The notes beneath the pieces are model-generated. The model saw only the letters and a program-made list of their open reading frames with translations. It was not told the DNA's origin and did no database searches. Made by a program: the position numbers and the translations under genes. A stretch of 31,668 nt of DNA from Granulicella sp. (GTDB taxonomy: Bacteria > Acidobacteriota > Terriglobia > Terriglobales > Acidobacteriaceae): contig DAHWNL010000064.1 in assembly GCA_027339965.1 (NCBI GenBank), forward strand, positions 1 to 31,668, written 5' to 3'. Shown here piece by piece: positions 17,746-25,312 of this stretch; the stretch's first letter is position 1, and the number at the start of each line of letters is the position of its first letter.

Positions 17746-19167
17746 CTACTCTCCCGCTCCTTCCATCCTGTCAAGCCGGCGCAACATCCCTTGCAGCTCT
17801 TGCGGCAACGCCGCTCGCAACAACAATGGCTTGCCGCTCCGTGGATGCACGAACTCCAGCTCCGCCGCGTGCAGAAAGTTCCGCTCCGGCGCCAGATCCT
17901 CCGGCTCACAATCCCCTGCATCCGCCGCCTGACGCCTGGAGCCCTCCGCCCGGGGCATCCGCCGTATGCGGCGCGGTGCACCGTACAAGGCGTCTCCCAC
18001 CACCGGATGTCCCAGGGCCTGCAGATGTACGCGAATCTGGTGGGTTCGCCCGGTTTCGATCCGCACCTCCAGCAGCGTGAACCTTCCATAGTCGCCGCTC
18101 AGCCGCTGCAGAACCCTCCAGTGGGAGACGGCGCTTCGGCCTTCGGCGCGCCGGGTGGTCATGCGTGTTCTACGCACCAGATCCCGGCTGATCGGCAGTT
18201 GAATCGTCCCCGCTTCGCCCTTCACCTCGCCGTGCACCAGGGCAAGATAGGTTTTGCGCATCCTCCGGCTGGCAAACATCTCCGCCAGTTGGCGGTGGGT
18301 AGCATCGTTCTTGGCCACCACCAGCAGTCCGCTGGTCTGTTTATCCAGGCGGTGCACGATCCCGGGCCGCAACTGCCCACCCACCTGGCTCAAACCCTCC
18401 CCCGCGCCGAAGTGGTGCAGCAGAGCGTTCACCAGCGTCCCGCGGTTATGCTCGGGTGCTCCCGACCCCGCATGAACCATCATCCCCGCAGCCTTGTTGA
18501 CCACCGCCAGGTCCTGGTCTTCGTAGACAATCTCCAGCGGAATGTCCTCTGGGCTGGCATGCAGAGGCGCGGGGTGCGCCTCACCCTCAATCTGGATCCA
18601 CTCGCCGCCCTTCAGTCTCTGCTTGGCGCGAACGGGCCGGTCATCCATCTTCACCTGCCCGGAGTCGATCAGCAGCACCGCGCGCGCCCGGCTGATCTCG
18701 GGAAGAGCCCTGGCCAGATACGCATCCAGACGCAGTCCGGCGGCCGCCGGCTCGACCAGAAAGCGCAATACGCCGGCGGCGGCCGGGAGGCTGTCGCGGG
18801 CGGGAACCTCCCGTGGCCGAATCTCCGGCTGTGGTTGCGGCGCAACCCGAGCCGGGTATCGCCTCAGCGTCTTCTGTTCCTGATCCGGCGGATGCCGATG
18901 CGCGCTCGGACCGCTGGTCACCAGACCGGAGCCACGCGCCCGCGGTGCAGCCGTCGGCTCCGGCTCCCACTCTGTTCCGTGGAGGTCTACAGTTGTTGGC
19001 CCGGTTCCAAAAGAGCCAGAGATGGCCTGGTCCGGGCCATTCTCCATCGGCAAACCCTCGGCTTGCCGCTGTGCCTCGCGTTCCTGCGCCAGCGTCCTTT
19101 GGGTCCGGTACTCGGGCTTTACGGTCTTGCCTCGCTTGCCTTTCGGCAGCATGTGCTGGGAGGGCAT
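17746..19167 (-). CDS. rluD: RluA/RluD-family pseudouridine synthase with S4 domain
   Basis: S4 domain RLDAYLA..SR, VVNKAAGMMVH, catalytic GIVHRLDKQTSG, TGRTHQIRVH, GD.LYG, LHA. ATG 19167 overlaps the upstream TGA (TGATG coupling). Confidence 0.93.
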   Translation of the reverse strand: MPSQHMLPKGKRGKTVKPEYRTQRTLAQEREAQRQAEGLPMENGPDQAISGSFGTGPTTVDLHGTEWEPEPTAAPRARGSGLVTSGPSAHRHPPDQEQKTLRRYPARVAPQPQPEIRPREVPARDSLPAAAGVLRFLVEPAAAGLRLDAYLARALPEISRARAVLLIDSGQVKMDDRPVRAKQRLKGGEWIQIEGEAHPAPLHASPEDIPLEIVYEDQDLAVVNKAAGMMVHAGSGAPEHNRGTLVNALLHHFGAGEGLSQVGGQLRPGIVHRLDKQTSGLLVVAKNDATHRQLAEMFASRRMRKTYLALVHGEVKGEAGTIQLPISRDLVRRTRMTTRRAEGRSAVSHWRVLQRLSGDYGRFTLLEVRIETGRTHQIRVHLQALGHPVVGDALYGAPRRIRRMPRAEGSRRQAADAGDCEPEDLAPERNFLHAAELEFVHPRSGKPLLLRAALPQELQGMLRRLDRMEGAGE

Positions 19168-19889
19168 CAGGCCGCCTCCGGGAGAAAGAGGAACAGCAAC
19201 CCACCGCCCAACATCAGGCCCACGGCCAGCCACTGTACCGGATCCAGCCACGCGCCTGGACCGCTCTCCGGCTGGGTGAGCATATCCAGCAGAAACAGGA
19301 GCGCTCCGAAGGCGGTCAGCGCAACTCCTGCGACGCTTCCTCTTCGTCTGCCTCCCTCCAGTAACTTCATCAAAGTCACCAACAAGATCAGAAAGGCCAG
19401 CGCCGCGTAAAGGTCCACGGGTTGCAGATGCATCAGTCCTGCGCTACCCGGCACGGCCGGTCCCCAGGGCAGATGGGTCGGCATTCCCCGGTCCTCGCCC
19501 TCCAGCCACCGCCCCAGGCTCAGAATGGACCCCAGCGCGGCAGCGCAGGGAGCCCATGCATCCAGCGCCGCCAGTAAGGGAATTTCCTTCCAGCGTAGAT
19601 AGATCACCCCGGCGAGCGCCGTCAGCGAAGCATCGGCCCAGGTGTAGGAGGGCAGCGCCAGCATCACCAGCGGCAGGCGCAGAAAGCCGCGAGGATCGGA
19701 CGCAATCAACGTCATCCGCGAGATCACAAAGCCGGCCATCACCAAAAACAATCCCGCATCCCACAGACGTTCTGCCGCCAGACCGACGCGCTCCGCTGTC
19801 TTCGGGCTCAGCCACAACGCCGCAATCATGCCTATGGCGGCAAAGATCCCGTGCCACGGCAGCCGCAGCCCAGGCAGATGGAGCATCAT
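19167..19889 (-). CDS. Prolipoprotein diacylglyceryl transferase-like membrane protein (divergent)
   Basis: Lgt layout: WHGIFAAIG, SR..I, LD..AP, G.PT.LPWG, QPVDLYA (cf. HPSQLYE). Several catalytic motifs appear altered. The start is uncertain (19889, 19886 or 19955). Confidence 0.75.
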   Translation of the reverse strand: MMLHLPGLRLPWHGIFAAIGMIAALWLSPKTAERVGLAAERLWDAGLFLVMAGFVISRMTLIASDPRGFLRLPLVMLALPSYTWADASLTALAGVIYLRWKEIPLLAALDAWAPCAAALGSILSLGRWLEGEDRGMPTHLPWGPAVPGSAGLMHLQPVDLYAALAFLILLVTLMKLLEGGRRRGSVAGVALTAFGALLFLLDMLTQPESGPGAWLDPVQWLAVGLMLGGGLLFLFLPEAA

Positions 19890-20069
19890 GAAAGCCAGAC
19901 CTGTCCGATGCGTCGACTCGAACCCTGCCTCGGACGCACGAAATGGAACGTTCACCCTTCTGCCTTCCTTCTTTCTTTCTTTCTTCTTGCCTCTGAAGAA
20001 GCGCGGAGAGGCAGAGTCCGGGTACGCAGGACAATAAGCCCCGAGCGAGGCATGCCCGTGGGCAAAAAA

Positions 20070-20263
20070 GAACCGACCCGCTGGGCCGTACAGGAAGGCG
20101 CAGGTGAACCCGTCCTGAGACGGTGGACTTCAGCCGTGGCTCTTTAGGCTTTCCGGACTGGCGGACCTAGCACACCGAGCCATATCTACGAGCTAAAACC
20201 CTGTTCGATGAATGTTGGTTCAACCTGCGGTGTTCCCCGTACCTGCTTTGCAGGCCGGTCTAT
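20070..20263 (-). ncRNA. ssrS: 6S RNA
   Basis: ~194-nt rod: closing stem GACCGGCCUGC/GCGGGUCGGUU, GUACGGGGA/UUCCUGUAC, CGCAGGU-UGAACC/GGUUCA-CCUGCG, then an A-rich central bubble (AACAUUCAUCGAA) and an apical stem; U-tract at 20064-20069; own sigma70 promoter. Confidence 0.85.
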
Positions 20264-20270
20264 GCTTTGG

Positions 20271-20299
20271 ATGCTACCCAGAGCTCGGCATTTGCGCAA
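20271..20299 (-). promoter_or_regulatory. Sigma70-type promoter of 6S RNA
   Basis: TTGCGC (20299-20294), 17-bp spacer, TAGCAT (20276-20271). Confidence 0.75.
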
Positions 20300-20328
20300 C
20301 TCCTGGAAGATGGGCACTCCTGGAAGAT
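20299..20328. repeat. 13-bp direct repeat abutting the 6S RNA -35 box
   Basis: ACTCCTGGAAGAT at 20299-20311 and 20316-20328. Confidence 0.85.
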
Positions 20329-20504
20329 CAACCTGTCGTCAGCACATGACGTGTCCGATGGCCGCAGCAAGTGAGATGTTCGCGTAGCGGGGCCGCGATG
20401 ATCGATCGATGAGAAACAGCCGGGAGGGACATCGAGGAGCCTTCCGCGCTCCGTCCCAGAAACCGCGCCGGAACTTCCCCGCTAGCGCAGGAACTGCCGC
20501 TCTC

Positions 20505-20542
20505 AGGAAAGGCCGCGCCGCCGCTGCCTTCAGCGACGGCGC
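20505..20542 (-). terminator. Strong hairpin, probable minus-strand terminator
   Basis: Minus strand GCGCCGUCGCUG-AAGG-CAGCGGCGGCGC forms a 12-bp stem whose G-U pair only works on this strand; it is followed by GGCCUUUCCU (weak U-tract). Confidence 0.6.
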
Positions 20543-20626
20543 TCAGCGTTGGATGGTTCCATCCTCGCGGCCTTGCAGTCTGAAAAGACTGGTGGGCATA
20601 TACCGCTCTACGTAGCCCAACTGGAA
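20510..20626 (-). ncRNA. Candidate structured small RNA (or 18-aa small ORF at 20599-20543)
   Basis: TATAGT -10 (20638-20633), upstream CRP-like box, three internal hairpins and a closing hairpin; see findings. Confidence 0.4.
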
Positions 20627-20657
20627 GAGTGTACTATAGACCTTTGATTAAAAATCA

Positions 20658-20673
20658 TGTGACTTTTGTCATA
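20658..20673. promoter_or_regulatory. CRP/FNR-family-like binding site
   Basis: TGTGA-CTTTTG-TCATA is a 9/10 match to TGTGA-N6-TCACA, within a markedly AT-rich patch (20630-20690). Confidence 0.55.
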
Positions 20674-20721
20674 TCCCACGCAAAATCGGTGTTGCCAGGC
20701 GCGATTTGTCTCCGAACCGGT

Positions 20722-23352
20722 TCAGAAGGCGCGCGCGCCATGGCCAGTCACCAGTTCATCCACGGCGATGTTCAGGGCGGCACCGACCTTGCGGAAGCCC
20801 TCGCGCCACTCCCGAGACCAGTAGGCGGCGTCGGAGCGGCGCAGAAGGTCGTTCCAGATATTCTGCGCCTGCCAGAGGTTGATCTCCATGGGCAGGGTGC
20901 GCAAGCTCTCGGCAATGGCCAGGGTCTCATGCAGGATGGCCAGGTTCTGCGGTGACTGCTGCTCCGCGGCCGCCTCCAGCCGGACCATGGCGCGCTTCAT
21001 GCGCCGGTCAGCGGTGTAGCTCAGCAGGTTGTTGTCCAACGCGACGTGGTCCACCTCGGCGCGGCGCAGCAGGCGGGCGATCTCGGCGGAGTTAAAGGTC
21101 TCCTCCTCCAGCGCGCGGCGCAGCCCCGCGTTGATGGCGAAGCGCGCGGTGATCGCCAGCGCCTCCGGAGCGGCCACCTTGGCTTCGGAGAGAAAGTCCA
21201 GCAGCGTGGAGTGCTCGTCGTAGATGCGGATCAGCGAATCCTCCACCTCGGAGAGCGTCTGGTTGAGAAGCACCTGCAGGATCCGCCGCTGCTCGTCGGC
21301 AAACAGCGAGGTCAGCGAGTAAAGGGCGGAGGCGAAGTAGGTGTCCAGCAGGCGCACTAGCTCGGGAATATTCGCGCCCCGGACGGCCCCCGCCGCGTTG
21401 GCCACAAAGTTCCTCCAGGCCTCCATCTCCTCCGGGCGGAAGCGCCTCACCGCTGCCGAAAGATTCTGGTCGCCCAGGTGGAGCACGGCGAAGCAGATCT
21501 CTTCGCACTCCTCGGTGATCTGTGAGCACAGGGTCGCCCGCCCGAAGGCAAAGCGCCCGCGGCCGGAGGTAAACACGTCGTAGTCGTGGCGGCGGACGTC
21601 GAAGCAGAAGATCTGTCCCGCGTCCGGATAACTACGGAAGATCGAGCTGATGGCGTAGTGCGCGCCCACGCTCTCCAGATCCAGCCGGCCCGCGTTGACA
21701 AAGCGGCGATAGACGTCTGCGCCGTCGCCCGCGGCCGGATCGTTGCTCTGGGCCCGCGCCAGGATGCGCAAAAACTCCGCCTCCATCTGGTGGGGGGAAC
21801 GGATGGGAGTTTCGGTGGCCGAGTACAGCGCAGGATCGGCGAAGAGCCGGTGGGCCAACTGAATCACCCGGCCGGCGTAGGCCATGATCTGCACCGTTTC
21901 TATGCCGGAGATATCGTCAAAGAACCACCCGCAGGAGGTGTACATCAACTGGGTATGGCGCTCCAGCTCCAGCAGCTCCAGAGCGGTGATGCGCTCCTCA
22001 GGACTCAGGACATGAGTGGCCTGCGCTGTGAAGAAGCGATCCAGGTTGTCAGAGGAACGGTCCAGAATCACATGAATGTAGGCATCCCGGGCGGCCCAAA
22101 GATCCTTGAACAGCGGCTTGGCTACAGCCTCGGCCAGCGGAGCGGTGAGGTCCCGCAGCAGATCCAGCGCCTCGCGCAGGGGCGCGCGCCAGCGCTGATT
22201 CCAGCCCGCCCTTCCTCCGTTGCACCCGCAATCGGAGCGCCAGCGCTCTACCCCGTGGCTGCAAGACCAGGAGGTGTTCTCGGCTACCTCTGCCTCCCAG
22301 GCCGGCGGAAAGTTCTCCAGGAACTCGCCATAGTTGGTCAGCCTCGCCTGCTGGTTCTCCCGGATCCAGTGCAGCGCGTAGCTCAGGGCCATCTCGCCGT
22401 AGTGGTGATGGTGACCGTAAGACTCGCCGTCGGTGGCCACATGCACCAGTTGCGGCGCGCCGCCGGGATCTTCGGCGTGGAAGCCGGCCATGAGCCGCCG
22501 CGCAAAGCTTTCCCCATCGTTCAGCAGGCCCTCAAAGGCGATGGCGCGGGAGGCTGGGCCATCGTAGAAGAACACCGCAATGGAGCGGCCCGCATCCAGC
22601 GTCACGCGGTACGGACGGGTGGGGTCTACGGTGGCGTTGGGGGTCTCTGTCCAGGGCTCTTCGAGTGAGCTTGCGTGCTCAGCGCTCGCTTGGTCCCCCC
22701 TGGAATCCCCTGCGCGCTCCGCGTCCGCCGGCCTAGCCTCCGGCGCAGCCTCTGCCAGCCTGCGTACCCGCGCGCACTGGTGCGGTGCCAGGATGGTGAA
22801 GCGGATGCCCTCCTGGGCCAGCAGATCCAGCGCCAAGCGGGAGACGGCGGTCTCAGCCAGCCACATCCCCTCCGGCTTGCGGCCAAAGCGGTGCTCAAAG
22901 TCGGCGATGCCCCAGCGGATCTGGGTGCGCGCATCCCTCTCGGAGGCCAGGGGCAGAATCACATGGTTGTACACCTGGGCCAGAGCAGAACCGTGGTGGG
23001 AGTAGAGCGCAGTGCTGGCCTGGTCGGCGTCCAGGATCATCCGGTAGGTCCGGGGAGCGAACCCCTCCAGCCAGCTCAGCAGCGTGGGACCAAAGTTGAA
23101 GCTCATGCGCGCGTAATTGTTCACGATGCGGATGATCTGGCGCTGCTGGTTCACGATCCGCGAGGCCCCGTTGGGGGCGTAGCACTCCGCCGTAATGCGC
23201 TCATTCCAGTCGTGGTAGGGCGCGGCCGACTCCTGCAACTCCACCGTCTCCAGCCACGGATTCTCGCGCGGCGGCTGGTAGAAGTGACCGTGAATGCAAA
23301 GGAAACGCCTGGGCGGAGCTGCGGAGGGGGCTGGTTTGCGAGTCGCCGACAT
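20722..23352 (-). CDS. Glycoside hydrolase family 57 protein with DUF3536
   Basis: HGHFYQPPRENPW, SFNFGPTLL, GMWLAET (nucleophile Glu), ATDGESYGHHH, SWSCSHGVERW, MYTSCGWFFD. Confidence 0.92.
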   Translation of the reverse strand: MSATRKPAPSAAPPRRFLCIHGHFYQPPRENPWLETVELQESAAPYHDWNERITAECYAPNGASRIVNQQRQIIRIVNNYARMSFNFGPTLLSWLEGFAPRTYRMILDADQASTALYSHHGSALAQVYNHVILPLASERDARTQIRWGIADFEHRFGRKPEGMWLAETAVSRLALDLLAQEGIRFTILAPHQCARVRRLAEAAPEARPADAERAGDSRGDQASAEHASSLEEPWTETPNATVDPTRPYRVTLDAGRSIAVFFYDGPASRAIAFEGLLNDGESFARRLMAGFHAEDPGGAPQLVHVATDGESYGHHHHYGEMALSYALHWIRENQQARLTNYGEFLENFPPAWEAEVAENTSWSCSHGVERWRSDCGCNGGRAGWNQRWRAPLREALDLLRDLTAPLAEAVAKPLFKDLWAARDAYIHVILDRSSDNLDRFFTAQATHVLSPEERITALELLELERHTQLMYTSCGWFFDDISGIETVQIMAYAGRVIQLAHRLFADPALYSATETPIRSPHQMEAEFLRILARAQSNDPAAGDGADVYRRFVNAGRLDLESVGAHYAISSIFRSYPDAGQIFCFDVRRHDYDVFTSGRGRFAFGRATLCSQITEECEEICFAVLHLGDQNLSAAVRRFRPEEMEAWRNFVANAAGAVRGANIPELVRLLDTYFASALYSLTSLFADEQRRILQVLLNQTLSEVEDSLIRIYDEHSTLLDFLSEAKVAAPEALAITARFAINAGLRRALEEETFNSAEIARLLRRAEVDHVALDNNLLSYTADRRMKRAMVRLEAAAEQQSPQNLAILHETLAIAESLRTLPMEINLWQAQNIWNDLLRRSDAAYWSREWREGFRKVGAALNIAVDELVTGHGARAF

Positions 23353-23463
23353 CGCTTCAAGGATAGCAAGCCGACGGAAGATCTCACTGGCCTGAACCCT
23401 ATGGGCGCTGCTCTCGTCCCTTTCCGTTCCGTTGCAAGCCTCTGCCCTGCGATCACTTGCGTG

Positions 23464-25209
23464 TCATGGCATTCCTGCCGGCAGCTCAGCACGGCGGACA
23501 CAGCGCACCACGTAAAGCGTCCCTGGCTTTCGGTACGGCCAGCGGGAGTAATGTACGGGCGCAAAGGGAGCGGGGCCGGCGCAGGCGTTCGGGTCGAAGG
23601 AAACAGTGTAGACCGGTCGGACGTCTGGGACCATATCGAACTCCCAAGATTTGGGACAGGCGTCGGCGGTAGACGGCGCGCGGGGCGTGTAGGCGTCCGC
23701 CGGCGTCACGATAAGGGGCTCGTTGATATGGCTCGCATGTCGGAGTTCCGTCACAAAGTCATACTCCCAACCGTACTCCACTGAGGTGTCCGGAACACCG
23801 CCGGCGCGCATCTCAGCGGCGAGAACCACGCGAGCACGGTAAAAGGCGAATCTGTCGTGGACGATCACCACGCTGTAGATCGCTACAATCGCGACCAGGA
23901 AAAGAGTTGCGGTCGGCAGTTGGACCCGGATCCGATCCTGGTAGCGACGGACCACCCAGGGCAGCGCGGCAGCCACCGGCTCCAGGAGATAGCGGCCATA
24001 GATTCCGTGGGCGGAACTGGCCCGAGGAATCAGAATCAGGGTGTAAGCGACGATGAACGGAGCCAGAAGGACGCAGAGATGCTCCCAAGGGAGGGCCTGG
24101 GGCCGGTTCGGCTCCAGCCGAGCCTGCCGGGGATGAAAGATTGATTCGATGAGCCCAAGCATCCCGCCCAGCGACGCAACAGTCAAGATCAGGCGCGTAC
24201 TGAGGCCAAGAAAGATCGGAACCCGGCCCTGGAGATCTGTGTCTCCGAATCCGTACGGGATCAGCCAATCCTGCAGGTATGGCTCCAGCACAGGGCGGGC
24301 CTGAGCATGCATCCGGTGGAGGACCAGCAGTATCAGGATGCAGCCGAGGCTTGTCGCGAAGGTCGCATGGATGGATCGGCGGATATTCCTGCGCAGCTCG
24401 GGAACGAAGAGGACCACAATTGGGAGCAACAGGAGGGGCACGGTCAAGAAGGCATGGAAGAAGCTCGATAGAATCTCGAACTCTCGTCCAGCGTGTGCGG
24501 CCAGGTGTTCGGGGACGGAATAGGGCTGGCGCTGGAACCATTGCATGCAGGCAACGATGAAGGCCGCCCCTGCCACAGTGGCCGCCAGGCCTGCGGCCAG
24601 GACGCGTCGGCGGAGCCGCAACAAAAACAGTGCCGAGGGGACCATCACCAGGATGCCCAACCACGCAATCTGACGAGCCGTGCCGCAGAGTGCGTTTGCC
24701 ACAACGGCAAGGCAGAGCCAGGCGATGGCGGCCCCGTCCGCGCGGGACTGCAGGCCGCGCAGGCAGGCGTAGAGGCAGGCCACAACGGCGAAGAGCCCGA
24801 AGATATCGCTCAGATATGTGACGGTAAGCATCAGGTAAAGCGGGGAGAGCACGAGGGCCAGGGTTGCGAGCGTGGCGTTACGTTCGTTGATACCGGCAAG
24901 CACCAGCGTGCGCTGAAGAACGAAGGCCGTCAGAACCGCCACCAGCAGGGTGCTCATGCGCACGACGGTGAACGAGAGGCCGAAGAGCTTTACGAAGGCT
25001 GCGCCGAGGTAGAGTTGCCATCCCAGCATCGCCGTCGCCCAACCGTTGTAGGCAATACGACCGGTCGCGGCCAGGTGTTGTGCCATGAGGATATATGTGC
25101 CGTCGTCGCTGACACCCATACCGGCATAGGGGCGGCTAATCAGGACGCAAACAAACACGGCAAGCGCACAAAGTAGAGCCGGAAGACGGAACCTGCCGAC
25201 AAGTTGCAA
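23464..25209 (-). CDS. Polytopic membrane protein, GT-C (ArnT/PMT-like) glycosyltransferase
   Basis: N-terminal TM followed by a DD..Y acidic motif, more than 10 TM segments, RY motif near the last TMs and a soluble C-terminus. TTG start at 25209 behind GGAGG; the ORF-track start at 25341 overlaps the neighbouring gene. Confidence 0.7.
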   Translation of the reverse strand: MQLVGRFRLPALLCALAVFVCVLISRPYAGMGVSDDGTYILMAQHLAATGRIAYNGWATAMLGWQLYLGAAFVKLFGLSFTVVRMSTLLVAVLTAFVLQRTLVLAGINERNATLATLALVLSPLYLMLTVTYLSDIFGLFAVVACLYACLRGLQSRADGAAIAWLCLAVVANALCGTARQIAWLGILVMVPSALFLLRLRRRVLAAGLAATVAGAAFIVACMQWFQRQPYSVPEHLAAHAGREFEILSSFFHAFLTVPLLLLPIVVLFVPELRRNIRRSIHATFATSLGCILILLVLHRMHAQARPVLEPYLQDWLIPYGFGDTDLQGRVPIFLGLSTRLILTVASLGGMLGLIESIFHPRQARLEPNRPQALPWEHLCVLLAPFIVAYTLILIPRASSAHGIYGRYLLEPVAAALPWVVRRYQDRIRVQLPTATLFLVAIVAIYSVVIVHDRFAFYRARVVLAAEMRAGGVPDTSVEYGWEYDFVTELRHASHINEPLIVTPADAYTPRAPSTADACPKSWEFDMVPDVRPVYTVSFDPNACAGPAPFAPVHYSRWPYRKPGTLYVVRCVRRAELPAGMP

Positions 25210-25312
25210 AGAGCCTCCCAAATGGACCTTCGGTTTTGACCGTCTGATGCGGCAACAGGCGGATCTTTCTTGTCTCCGGCCGCTCCGGCAGGATTGACGG
25301 CGGCATAAGGGC

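Noticed and set aside
19955..19994. Pyrimidine-rich tract with (CTTT)n units upstream of the lgt-like gene
   Set aside because: Only about three perfect units, too short to argue for phase variation.
14463..20328. Short direct repeats considered as CRISPR remnants
   Set aside because: Only 2-3 adjacent units with no unique spacers and no cas genes.
20644..20658. FNR box TTGAT..ATCAT
   Set aside because: The spacer is 5 nt rather than the canonical 4; the adjacent CRP-like box fits better.
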